From Ignicoccus pacificus DSM 13166 (GTDB lineage: Archaea > Thermoproteota > Thermoprotei_A > Sulfolobales > Ignicoccaceae): a stretch of DNA of 32,000 nucleotides. Location of the stretch: positions 450,001-482,000 of the forward strand of contig CP006868.1 in NCBI GenBank assembly GCA_025340205.1, given 5' to 3'. A program made the position numbers and the translations under genes. Under the pieces are notes generated by a model that did no database searches, had not been told where the DNA came from, and saw nothing but the letters and a program-made list of their open reading frames with translations. This document shows, one piece after another, positions 1 to 8,686 of this stretch. Every line of letters begins with the position of its first letter. Position 1 is the first letter of the stretch.

Positions 1-457
1 CATACTCGGGATCCACTACTGCCAAGTAGGCTTCATCACCAATTATCTCAACCATTAGGACCTTCTCGGGATTGCTCAAGTCCACCTTAGCGTTGACGGT
101 GTCTAGAACCACGGAGCCGAGCTCGGCGTTGACTTGGACCGAGGTGAAGGGGTGCTTCCCCCTCCTTACCGTCCTCACAGCGAACCTCTTCCCCTCAAGC
201 TCCTTCGCCAACTCCCTAGCAGCTTCCCTTAGCTCCTCCAAGTCCGCCTTTGTACAAACTTGAGCCACCATCCCCCTTATTACCTCTGGCATCTCCAAGG
301 CTTTCCTCAACGCCTCCTGAGGATCCTTACAGTTCCTCAATAGCACCAGTCCTTGGAATCCCATAGGAGCTCCTATTACCTCGCACTCTACCTCCAAGTT
401 GTTCGCTACGTACTTCTCCATCCCCAGCTCGGTTTTCAGTATGACCGCCTTGCACAA
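1..457 (-). CDS. THUMP-domain-like RNA-modification protein, C-terminus cut by the window edge
   Basis: The reverse strand is open from a TTG at 457 to the edge: MCKAVILKTELGMEKYVANNLEVECEVIGAPMGFQGLVLLRNCKDPQEALRKALEMPEVIRGM... This resembles the THUMP/Tan1 fold. It is not in the ORF track because it is open-ended. Confidence 0.6.
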   Translation of the reverse strand, partial: MCKAVILKTELGMEKYVANNLEVECEVIGAPMGFQGLVLLRNCKDPQEALRKALEMPEVIRGMVAQVCTKADLEELREAARELAKELEGKRFAVRTVRRGKHPFTSVQVNAELGSVVLDTVNAKVDLSNPEKVLMVEIIGDEAYLAVVDPEY

Positions 458-496
458 CCTTTAACTCCCGGCTCTCCTCAAGGGGGTAGTGAAAAC

Positions 497-1654
497 TTGA
501 GGATAGTGCCCCTGGAGGAGATAGCGGCGAGAGCTTTAAACAACGTGGTCAAGGGAAGAAGCCTCAAGAGCTACTTGGAAAGAGAGTATAGAAGACTGGG
601 AATACCGGACAGAGCTAGGCCGGTGTTGGTCGGCCTAGTATCGAACGTGGCTAGGAGGTGGATGGTCCTCTCTTATCTGCTCGAGGAGGAGAGGGAGAGG
701 CCTCCTAAGGGCTTCTCCAAGTGGCTCAAGCTGGTAATAGCCTACCAAGCCGTCTTCAGGAAGGTGCCCTATGAGAAGCTGAAGGTGAAGGCTGAGAAAG
801 AGTGGTACGAAGAGATGCTGAAGGTGGAGCCGGAGGATCTGGAGAGGGAGTTCGGACCTAGGGTGTTTAGAAGCGTTCCCAAGTGGGCGTGGAGGGAGAT
901 AGCGAAGGTAGCTGAGCCGATAGCCTTTGTAGACTCCTTGGACTTTAGGGAACACTTCTGGATAAGGGTGAGAGATCCGAAGGTAATCAAGAGGTTAAAG
1001 GAGCTGCGATTGGAGCTGGAGGAGAGCGAGCTCCCGGACGTCTTCAAGGCAAAGGGCCCAATGAGGGTCCTCATAACTACTAAGCTCCACCCCAAGAAGG
1101 TAATAATAATGGAGAAGGCCTCCGCGTGGATAGCTCACTTGACCGAGGGAAAGGTATTAGACCTAACCTCAGCCCCGGGAGGGAAGGCCTTACACGCTCA
1201 AGATCTGGGAAGGATTGTAGTAGCCAACGACATAGACCCGAAGAGGTTTGCCTTCAGGGAGATAGAGAGGGTGGCGGGAGACGCTAGAAGGGGTCCCTTC
1301 AGGAGGGCCTTTGACACGGTAATCCTAGACCCGGACTGCACCGGAATAGGTAGGTTGCACTCGCCCGAAAGCAGGCTGTGGTTGGCTATGACGAGTAAGG
1401 AAAAGATGGCGGAGTACCAAAGGGAGCTCATAAGGGCTTCAATCAAGTACTTGAAGAAGGGAGGAAGGTTGATCTACAGCACTTGTACCATAACCTACGA
1501 GGAAAATGAAGGTCATGAAAAGTTAATGAATGAATTAGGTTTGAGAGCCGTAGAGGTGGAGGTGGCCTCCCCGGGGTTCAAGAGAGGTTGGAGGAGGTTC
1601 TTGCCGAACGTCCACGGGACCATAGGCTTTACTTTGACTGTTCATGAGTTTTGA
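497..1654 (+). CDS. NOL1/NOP2/Sun (NSUN/RsmB-like) m5C RNA methyltransferase with N-terminal NusB-like region
   Basis: SAM motif VLDLTSAPGGKALH, motif IV LDPDCTGIG, and motif VI IYSTCTITYEENE. The track ORF starts at 353, but that overlaps the divergent THUMP gene. TTG497 or GTG506 are likelier starts. Confidence 0.85.
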   Translation: MRIVPLEEIAARALNNVVKGRSLKSYLEREYRRLGIPDRARPVLVGLVSNVARRWMVLSYLLEEERERPPKGFSKWLKLVIAYQAVFRKVPYEKLKVKAEKEWYEEMLKVEPEDLEREFGPRVFRSVPKWAWREIAKVAEPIAFVDSLDFREHFWIRVRDPKVIKRLKELRLELEESELPDVFKAKGPMRVLITTKLHPKKVIIMEKASAWIAHLTEGKVLDLTSAPGGKALHAQDLGRIVVANDIDPKRFAFREIERVAGDARRGPFRRAFDTVILDPDCTGIGRLHSPESRLWLAMTSKEKMAEYQRELIRASIKYLKKGGRLIYSTCTITYEENEGHEKLMNELGLRAVEVEVASPGFKRGWRRFLPNVHGTIGFTLTVHEF

Positions 1655-1863
1655 GATTATTCTTCTTAATGATTATCTATATTCTCATATTAGGTTCCTT
1701 TTCGAAGATATGAGGTAGTGTACATATAGTATCACCACTCAATAGAGTTTTCCTGGGGATACTATGGAGAAGGTCTATTTCATTCCCTTCGAGAACCCTC
1801 CCATAGAGTGGGGAGACAGCTGGATGGGCGCGGCCGCTTGAAGGTCCGGTTGATTCGTTAAGC

Positions 1864-2202
1864 TCAGACCTCTCCCAAGCTCAGCTTTATCTTATCTTTG
1901 ATCTTTCCATAGAACCACATGTCCTTAGGCCTGACCACGTGGAGGTCTATTGGATAGTCCAAGGGAAGGCCGTAGGAGAAGGCCTTATCCACTATCCTCA
2001 AGGTTAACTTCCTCACCTCCTTGTCGCCCAGATCTTTATCTATTACCACCATTATGTCAAGATCGCTCGCAGCCGTAAATTTTCCCTTCGCCACTCCTCC
2101 GAACAAGTAGACTTCAGCGTCGCCCAACTCCTCTTTAATTGCCTTTAATACCGGCTTAACGTACTTTCTCCAGTTCTTTAAGTACTGGTACTGTTCGTAC
2201 AT
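1864..2202 (-). CDS. MNT-type nucleotidyltransferase, putative antitoxin of a HEPN/MNT pair
   Basis: 112 aa with the NTase signature YLFGGVAKGKFTAASDLDIMVV, directly downstream of a HEPN-like ORF. Confidence 0.8.
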   Translation of the reverse strand: MYEQYQYLKNWRKYVKPVLKAIKEELGDAEVYLFGGVAKGKFTAASDLDIMVVIDKDLGDKEVRKLTLRIVDKAFSYGLPLDYPIDLHVVRPKDMWFYGKIKDKIKLSLGEV

Positions 2203-2206
2203 GTAG

Positions 2207-2608
2207 CTATACGTTCTGCACCACCTCCTGGATCAAGTTAATTATCTCTTCAGCCAGCTTGATTGGCTCCTCGGCTTCTTCAGCCTCAAAGGCTCTGGGG
2301 CCGTATCTCCCTTCCTTGTAGGCCTCCTCTAACGCATAGAGCTCATATCTCCTCTCACTTATGAACTTCAAGATCTTGCTCTTTTCCCCTTCCGGAAGGC
2401 CTTTCGCTAGAGACCCCAAGAGCCTCCTTATCTCGTGAGTCCTTGAGTCGATACCGTAAAGCTGGATCAAGGCCGACTTAACGAAAAGCTGAGCCGCTTG
2501 CTCTGCAAAGAAGGCCGCGAGGTCTGGTTCCTCGCTCAACACCCTCTTGGCCTCATGCAGAAACGCGAGGGCCCTCTTCCTTAGGAGTTCCACGTACTCT
2601 CCACTCAA
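2207..2608 (-). CDS. HEPN-domain protein, putative toxin of a HEPN/MNT pair
   Basis: Helical sequence ELLRKRALAFLHEAKRVL...FFAEQAAQLFVKSALIQLYGI...THEIRRLLGSL is typical of HEPN. The track start (2668) overlaps the upstream gene; a TTG start at 2608 is plausible. Confidence 0.7.
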   Translation of the reverse strand: MSGEYVELLRKRALAFLHEAKRVLSEEPDLAAFFAEQAAQLFVKSALIQLYGIDSRTHEIRRLLGSLAKGLPEGEKSKILKFISERRYELYALEEAYKEGRYGPRAFEAEEAEEPIKLAEEIINLIQEVVQNV

Positions 2609-2654
2609 GGTATCCCGTGATAGTGTACAAGAGGAGGGATTAGAAGAAAAGTCT

Positions 2655-3377
2655 TCAGAGCTCCACATCCACCAAGGCCTCTAACACGGCCTTAGTTGCT
2701 TTCTCCATAGCTGGGGCTAGCTGCTCGTGATGGAGAAGGTCCTTCTTCTTGGGGTCCACCAAGCTGTCTGCCATTACTACCAGAGCCCCAGTTCTGAAGC
2801 CCCTCATCCATCCCAAGGCGAACAGGGTAGCACATTCCATCTCTACCGCAACTATTCCCCTCTTGGTCCAGAACTCCACGAAGTCAGGACTCTCAGCATA
2901 GAAGGCGTCGTTGCTGACCACGGGTCCGTAGTGTATTGGCAAGCCTACCTCCTTGGCCTTCTCATATAGCTTGGTCGTTATCCAGGGGTCGGGGGAAGTG
3001 GGGAGGCAAGTGTTTGGGGAGTAAACTCCCAGAACTCCTCCGCAGTAGTAGGCAGCGCCGGTCACCACTAATCCGTGACCTACGTCTATCTCCTTCTTCA
3101 TGCTTCCAGCGGTTCCAAGCCTTACCATGGCCTTTGCTCCAAGCATTCTCAGCTCCTCAAAGACTATTGCCGCAGAAGGACCTCCTATTCCGTGGACGGC
3201 GACGCTGACGGGAACTCCCTTGTACTTGCCAGTGAATACCAAGAGCTCCCTGTTGCTGCTCACCAGCTTGGAGTCTTCGAGCATTTGGGCAACCATCTTC
3301 GCTCTGGCTGGATCTCCAACCACCACTACTCTTTCCGCCACCTCTCCGGGCTTGGCTGTCAAGTGCTGAGGCTTCAT
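2655..3377 (-). CDS. Purine/uridine nucleoside phosphorylase family protein
   Basis: VVVGDPARAKMVAQML, HGIGGPSAAIVFEEL, RLGTAGSM and VEMECATLFALG match the PNP/UDP family signatures. Confidence 0.9.
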   Translation of the reverse strand: MKPQHLTAKPGEVAERVVVVGDPARAKMVAQMLEDSKLVSSNRELLVFTGKYKGVPVSVAVHGIGGPSAAIVFEELRMLGAKAMVRLGTAGSMKKEIDVGHGLVVTGAAYYCGGVLGVYSPNTCLPTSPDPWITTKLYEKAKEVGLPIHYGPVVSNDAFYAESPDFVEFWTKRGIVAVEMECATLFALGWMRGFRTGALVVMADSLVDPKKKDLLHHEQLAPAMEKATKAVLEALVDVEL

Positions 3378-3442
3378 GATCTCGCCAAGTGAGCCCCTCA
3401 GAGGCGATAATTAAGAGCTACCGGAGACAGAGTACTCCGTAA

Positions 3443-3787
3443 GTGATACCTTATTATCCTGCAGGAGTCAACAGACAGGGGAAGGAACTCTTGTTCGTGG
3501 TCCTCTTCACCTCCGATTACTGTCCGACTTGTGAGGAAGTGGAGAAGGTCTGGGAGATCTTCAAGAGGATGTACAGAGACGAGCTAGTATTCCTCGAGTT
3601 CAAGCTTGCCAACGATACCAAGAAGACCTTCAAGGCACTAGGAGTGAGCTGGGTTCCTACGGTAGTGTTCTATGACGAAGAAGAAAGGGAGCTGAGGAGG
3701 GTGGAGGGCTCCTTTACCTTAAGCGAGCTCGAAAAGGGCCTCAGAGCAGCTCTTCGTCGTAGAAGAGCGTGTCTTCAAGCGAGTTGA
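3443..3787 (+). CDS. Thioredoxin-like protein
   Basis: CPTC redox motif (SDYCPTCEEVEKVW) and cis-Pro segment WVPTVVFY; 114 aa. Confidence 0.8.
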   Translation: MIPYYPAGVNRQGKELLFVVLFTSDYCPTCEEVEKVWEIFKRMYRDELVFLEFKLANDTKKTFKALGVSWVPTVVFYDEEERELRRVEGSFTLSELEKGLRAALRRRRACLQAS

Positions 3788-4352
3788 TTATTCCCTCGTC
3801 TTCCAGCAAGCCCACAAACCTCACCAGCTTCAGCTTCCCGTTTAGTAAGAAGCGGTTGGCATGGCTTACGACCTTAGCTATAGTGTGACCGTTCTCCCTT
3901 CCGCTCAAGGGGTACTGGATGTTGTCGCTTCCCCTTACTATTACTCTGTAACAGCAGTTGGAGGGCTGTATCCCAGAGTACTTGAATCCAGCTGTCTTAG
4001 CTAAAGAAACTAGCTTCATAGCTAAGTCTATATCCTTAACTCCTATGTCTAGGAGAGGATGACTCGCCTTTATCCAGAGCCACTGACACCTCTTACCGTC
4101 TAAAGCCTTGAAGACGTCGTAGACGCTTATGGGACTGTGGGAGGTAAGCAAGTGCTCGGTGCCCCTCTTATCCTCGGGATTCTTGCCGTTGCATCCTATA
4201 GTTATCCTGCCCGCGCAGGATGAGGTAGTGAATAGGTTCTCATTCTCATTGAGGGCTAGTAATAAGTCAATCAGTTCTTCGTCCACCAACCCCTTTTCCA
4301 TATCCGATCTTAATTTGAGAAGGCTGTTTGCCCGAGCGGCCTCCCAACACAT
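3741..4352 (-). CDS. taw3: tRNA wybutosine-synthesizing protein 3 (TYW3/Taw3)
   Basis: TTSSCAGRI, WLWIKASHPLLDI, AKTAGFKYSGIQ and RENGHTIAKV match the TYW3 family. The true N-terminus is probably MEKGLVDEEL. Confidence 0.8.
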   Translation of the reverse strand: MCWEAARANSLLKLRSDMEKGLVDEELIDLLLALNENENLFTTSSCAGRITIGCNGKNPEDKRGTEHLLTSHSPISVYDVFKALDGKRCQWLWIKASHPLLDIGVKDIDLAMKLVSLAKTAGFKYSGIQPSNCCYRVIVRGSDNIQYPLSGRENGHTIAKVVSHANRFLLNGKLKLVRFVGLLEDEGIINSLEDTLFYDEELL

Positions 4353-4493
4353 CCCGAAACACCGTTCCTCAAACTAAGCAGTAGTTAAAGGTTGGAGGCA
4401 AGAAACTTAAAGAGAATTAAGGGAAAGAAAATAGGATATAAGAAGGGTGTTCAAGGAGGCCTTTTTCAAACCTCACTTCCCTCCGGAGGGGCG

Positions 4494-5201
4494 GTGTGGA
4501 AGACGTACGTGGTGCTTGCCGGAGGAGAGAGCAAGAGGTTCGGGAAGGATAAGCTCATAGCCTTAGTAGATGGGAGAAGGGTAATAGATAGGGTGTTAGA
4601 TGAGATAGGCGAGGATCACGTGCTCCTAACGGTCAGCGAGGAGAGGTGCAAGCTATACGGAGCCAAGAGGTGCTTGTACGATAACGGAAGGGGGCCAGCG
4701 GAGGCGCTCCTAGCGCTTGATGGTTCCTTCACATCCCTTTCCGGAGACCTACCTTGGATAAAGAGAGAGGTATTGGAAAGGCTGGAGGCCTTCAGGAGGT
4801 ACTTCGGGGCTCAAGTAGCTGTCCCGTTACACGGAAAGGGATTCCTCGAATCCTTGATGATAAGCGTTGAGGATATCAATCCTATAAAGAGGAGATTAAA
4901 GGAGAGGGAAATACCTAGAACCTTGAGGGTAACTGACATAATAAGGATCTCGGAAAAGGTCGTCTTCGTGGGATCGAAGTTCCTCAGCAGGGATCCCAGA
5001 GTCTTTGCCCATGTGAACACTCAGGAGGACCTCAAGATAGGAGCTCCCAAGGAGCCATTAGGGGAAAGGATAGTGGAACTTGAACTAGACTTTCATCCTT
5101 GTGAAGATCCATTAAGAGAGGTTGAACTCTATAGGAGGTACGGTCTCAAGCAGATGGAGCTCCACGCGCTTAAGGACTTGAGGATTTGCAAGGGAAGCTA
5201 G
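4494..5201 (+). CDS. MobA-like NTP transferase (molybdenum cofactor guanylyltransferase family)
   Basis: YVVLAGGESKRFGKDKLIALVDGRRVIDRVL...LSGDLPWI. GTG4494 follows a CGGAGGGG RBS; the track start at 4392 adds an unlikely N-terminus. Confidence 0.8.
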   Translation: MWKTYVVLAGGESKRFGKDKLIALVDGRRVIDRVLDEIGEDHVLLTVSEERCKLYGAKRCLYDNGRGPAEALLALDGSFTSLSGDLPWIKREVLERLEAFRRYFGAQVAVPLHGKGFLESLMISVEDINPIKRRLKEREIPRTLRVTDIIRISEKVVFVGSKFLSRDPRVFAHVNTQEDLKIGAPKEPLGERIVELELDFHPCEDPLREVELYRRYGLKQMELHALKDLRICKGS

Positions 5202-5269
5202 CTTTCACGCTAATTTCGCCCAACTCTCTCGCATAAATACAATCTCCCCATCTTATTGGAGGGATAAAA

Positions 5270-5803
5270 TTGGCCTTCCTGGTCGACAAGACCTTAGAGA
5301 TTGCATATGATTTTGCAAGAGAGAAGTTCGGAGAGCTGATAAACAAGATCCAAAGTGGAAAACCTTTGACTAGCGAAGAAGCGAACTTCCTATTGCTCTT
5401 CATTGTTTTGAACGAGGTCAGATTGAGATATGACGAACTCTCAAGGCAGATTCAATTGAACAGAGAGATGATAAAGGAGACTGAGGAAAGACTAAGGAAC
5501 GAGATCAAAGCAACGGAGGAAAGATTGAACGAGAAGATCGAAGAGACCAAGAGAGATCTCGAGAAGAAGATCGAGTTAACCAACAAAAGGATAGACGATC
5601 TAAGAGAGGACTTCAACAAGAGGTTCGAGAGCTTGGAGCATAGAGTTTACGAGCTCGAGAAAGATGTGGAGGAACTCAAAGTGGCGGTTGCTAGGTTGGA
5701 TAGAGACGTGCAAGAGGTAAAGGAGGACGTAAAGGAGATAAAGAGCATGATGAACTTATTGCTAATGCATTTAGCGGGAATAAAGGTAGAGAAGGAGAAG
5801 TGA
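5270..5803 (+). CDS. Coiled-coil protein of unknown function
   Basis: 177 aa with long heptad-patterned E/K/R-rich helices (EETEERLRNEIKATEERLNEKIEETKRDLEKKIELTNKRIDDLREDFNKR...). Confidence 0.7.
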   Translation: MAFLVDKTLEIAYDFAREKFGELINKIQSGKPLTSEEANFLLLFIVLNEVRLRYDELSRQIQLNREMIKETEERLRNEIKATEERLNEKIEETKRDLEKKIELTNKRIDDLREDFNKRFESLEHRVYELEKDVEELKVAVARLDRDVQEVKEDVKEIKSMMNLLLMHLAGIKVEKEK

Positions 5804-5845
5804 TTTTTCAACCTTGGTCTTAGAAGTGTCTATTCCAGCTCTCCC

Positions 5846-6583
5846 CTAGTCATTTATCCATTTCTTTACCTTCACCTTGAACCCCATTTCCTTGAACGCC
5901 TTCTCCCACTCCTTAACCTCCTCCTCCGGCATGTTCCCCTTGTAGCAATGTTCGGAGCACCAAGCCTTATCCCTAGGATCCGTTAGGGGCTCAGTAACCA
6001 ATGGATTGACCACTATAACTACCTTCTCCCTATCGAAGGGCTCCACCAACTTCTTTATTTCGCCTATATACCTTATGGTTAATCCCTTTGCTACCGGAAT
6101 CCTAAGCTCCACAGGCTTCTTGCTCTGAGCGAGCTTGTTCAAGCACTTCTTGAAGTTGTTGAAAAAGATCCTCGCATTTCCATTAACCCCGTAGAGGGGT
6201 TCGAAGGGCATCTTGATGTCAGTAGCTACGTGATCGGCTAAATCGATAAGCTCCAGCGATTGGGGAATTGTGCAGTTGGTGTTCAGGGAGAACTCCACTC
6301 CCTCCTCCTTCGAGACCTTAGCTAGAGTTCTAACCAAGTTGGGCTGAAGAGCTGGCTCTCCTCCGGTCAGGTGAAGGTAATCCACGAAGTCCTTAGCATC
6401 CCTCAGCTCCTCCCTGAACTTCTCCAAAGGTATCTCGAAGCACCCTTGCCACTCCGCAACCTTCCAGTTGTGACAGAAGGGGCACTTCAAGTTGCAGCCG
6501 CAGGCCCAAGTTGTAAAGGTGATCCTCCCGACTACATCAACCAAGGAGAAAGGCTTCCATCCAGCTATGAGCATTCGGTCCAC
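5846..6583 (-). CDS. Radical SAM protein, PflA/NrdG-activase-like
   Basis: TTWACGCNLKCPFCHN 4Fe-4S motif and LTGGEPAL. Confidence 0.85.
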   Translation of the reverse strand: MDRMLIAGWKPFSLVDVVGRITFTTWACGCNLKCPFCHNWKVAEWQGCFEIPLEKFREELRDAKDFVDYLHLTGGEPALQPNLVRTLAKVSKEEGVEFSLNTNCTIPQSLELIDLADHVATDIKMPFEPLYGVNGNARIFFNNFKKCLNKLAQSKKPVELRIPVAKGLTIRYIGEIKKLVEPFDREKVVIVVNPLVTEPLTDPRDKAWCSEHCYKGNMPEEEVKEWEKAFKEMGFKVKVKKWIND

Positions 6584-6720
6584 CTAATCCCCTTCTAGGT
6601 ATAGGAAGGGTTTAAACGGGGAGGGAGTAATCTGGAGGTATAGCGCAGAAGCGAGATTAAGTGAGAGTTTATTGTATAACATATATTACAGATGCCGTAT
6701 TACATAGTTGAGGGGTTTCC

Positions 6721-6969
6721 TTGAGTGTAGTTGTGAGTTTCAGAATAGATAAGGAATTAAAAGAGAAGATGGATAAGTTTAAGTACATAAACTGGAGTGA
6801 GGTAGTTAGAAGAGCAATATACGAAACAATAAAGAAGGAAGAAGAAAAAATGAAGGAGAAGGATAGATCCAAAATCTCCTATGCTGTCCTCAAGATATCA
6901 GCGTTGAGGAGAAGGGCTGAGGGTTGGAATTCCGTGGAGGAGATAAGGAAATGGAGAGAAAGGTTGTAG
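6721..6969 (+). CDS. vapB: VapB-like ribbon-helix-helix antitoxin
   Basis: MSVVVSFRIDKELKEKMDKFKYINWSEVVRRAI is RHH-like; it overlaps the following PIN-domain gene. Confidence 0.75.
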   Translation: MSVVVSFRIDKELKEKMDKFKYINWSEVVRRAIYETIKKEEEKMKEKDRSKISYAVLKISALRRRAEGWNSVEEIRKWRERL

Positions 6970-7376
6970 TCGATGCATCTGTAGTAGTAAAATGGTTCAT
7001 TGAAGAAGAATATAGCGAGCAAGCGTTGAAACTCCTCGACGCCTACAAGGAAGGTCTATTGGATTTAGTAGCTCCCTCCCTCTTACCCTATGAAGTTCTC
7101 AACGCGTTAAAGTATTCAAATGTCTTCGGTGAGGATGAGTTGAAAGAAGTAGCCATTGTGCTCGAAAGCCTCCAGATAACTACCTTTGAACTAAGGAGCG
7201 ATCACGCTCGGAGGAGTTTAGAAATTGCAATGAGGAAGGGAGTGACCGTGTATGATGCCTCCTACGTCGCTCTAGCAGAACTAGAGAACGCTGCCTTCTA
7301 TACGGCTGACGAGAAACTCCTAAGAAAGGTTAAGGATTTAGATTTCGTGAAGCACATAAGGGATTTTGATATCTAG
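6951..7376 (+). CDS. vapC: VapC-like PIN-domain toxin
   Basis: VVVDASVVVKWFIEE, LPYEVLNAL, VTVYDASYVALAE, AAFYTADEKLL. ATG6951 is preferred over the track start at 6924. Confidence 0.88.
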   Translation: MERKVVVDASVVVKWFIEEEYSEQALKLLDAYKEGLLDLVAPSLLPYEVLNALKYSNVFGEDELKEVAIVLESLQITTFELRSDHARRSLEIAMRKGVTVYDASYVALAELENAAFYTADEKLLRKVKDLDFVKHIRDFDI

Positions 7377-8680
7377 AGCTTTCTCTTGTCTATTACCCTC
7401 TTCGCCTTTCCTCCCTCTATTCTAGGTATCTCTCCGGGGTCCACGACCTTTACCCTCGGAGTTATTATCAAAGTCTCCCTTAGGGAGTATTCAAGCTCCT
7501 TCGCCAGCTGCTCCTTTGACTTTTCGTCAAGCTTCTCCTTGCTTTCGACTATTACGTACATCCTGTCCAAGTTTCCTTCCCTTTCTACGACTATTTGATA
7601 CTGATGATTCACCTTAGGGTTGGAAAGCAAGACCACTTCCACCGCAGAGGGGAAGACGTTCACTCCGTTTATTATGAGCATATCATCCGCCCTTCCCTTT
7701 ATCCTTGCTATCTTCCTCATAGTTCTTCCACATTCACAAGTCTTGGTATCGTAGATGAAGGTGATGTCGTTAGTCCAGTACCTCAGCAAGGGCATGGCTT
7801 CATGGGTTAGTGGAGTTACTACCAGCACTCCCTCCTCCTCAGGCTCCACGGGCTCGCCCGTCTTGGGATCGACCACCTCAACCAAGTAGTGGTCCTCCCA
7901 CACGTGGAGGCCGTCGTGGTAATGGCACTCCATAGCGGTTCCGGGGCCGTAAAGCTCGCTCATTCCGTAGATGTCGTAGGAGTCCATGTTCCAAAGCTCG
8001 TTTATCCTCTTCCTCAGCTCATCGCTCCACATCTCGGCTCCGAATACCCCAGTCCTAACCTTGGTGTCCTTAGCCGGGTCAACCCCCATCTCCAAGGCCA
8101 CTTCAGCTAGCCTCAGCGCGTAGTTGGGAACGGCAGCGAGCACGGTAGCTCCCAAGTCCTTGATCATCCTTACGTGCCTCTGCGTGAATCCCGTTCCAGC
8201 TGGAACTACCATGGCTCCTATCCTTTGACCACCGTAATGGAAGCCCAGGCCTCCGGTGAACCAGTGATAGCCCAGAGCCACGTACAAGATGTCGTCCTTG
8301 GTTATACCAGCAGCAGCGAAGCTCCTGGCCATAAGTTCGCTCCAATTATCGATGTCCTTCTTGGTGTAGCCTACGACGGTCGGCTTTCCGGTAGTTCCGC
8401 TGGAGGCATGGATCTCTATGATCTCGCTTAGGGGTACGGCGAACATTCCGTAAGGATACTCCTTCCTCAAGTCATCTTTCATCGTGAAAGGTATCTTCCT
8501 TATGTCGTCCAGGCTCTTTATATCATCCGGCTTAACTCCGGCCTCGTCCAGCTTCCTCCTATACAAGGGGACATTTTCGTATGCATGCCTAACGGTCTGC
8601 CTGAGCCTCTTGAGCTGGAGCTCCTCTATCTCCTTTCGAGGAGCCTTCTCTATTGGGTGTAAGATGTAGGGCTTACCCAT
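7373..8680 (-). CDS. paaK: Phenylacetate-CoA ligase family adenylate-forming enzyme
   Basis: IHASSGTTGKPTVVGYT, DIYGMSELYGPG, FPSAVEVVLL. Confidence 0.88.
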   Translation of the reverse strand: MGKPYILHPIEKAPRKEIEELQLKRLRQTVRHAYENVPLYRRKLDEAGVKPDDIKSLDDIRKIPFTMKDDLRKEYPYGMFAVPLSEIIEIHASSGTTGKPTVVGYTKKDIDNWSELMARSFAAAGITKDDILYVALGYHWFTGGLGFHYGGQRIGAMVVPAGTGFTQRHVRMIKDLGATVLAAVPNYALRLAEVALEMGVDPAKDTKVRTGVFGAEMWSDELRKRINELWNMDSYDIYGMSELYGPGTAMECHYHDGLHVWEDHYLVEVVDPKTGEPVEPEEEGVLVVTPLTHEAMPLLRYWTNDITFIYDTKTCECGRTMRKIARIKGRADDMLIINGVNVFPSAVEVVLLSNPKVNHQYQIVVEREGNLDRMYVIVESKEKLDEKSKEQLAKELEYSLRETLIITPRVKVVDPGEIPRIEGGKAKRVIDKRKL

Positions 8681-8686
8681 TTGTGC

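Noticed and set aside
353-496. N-terminal 48 codons of the 353..1654 ORF
   Set aside because: They overlap the start of the divergent THUMP gene and lack family similarity; a later start is more plausible.
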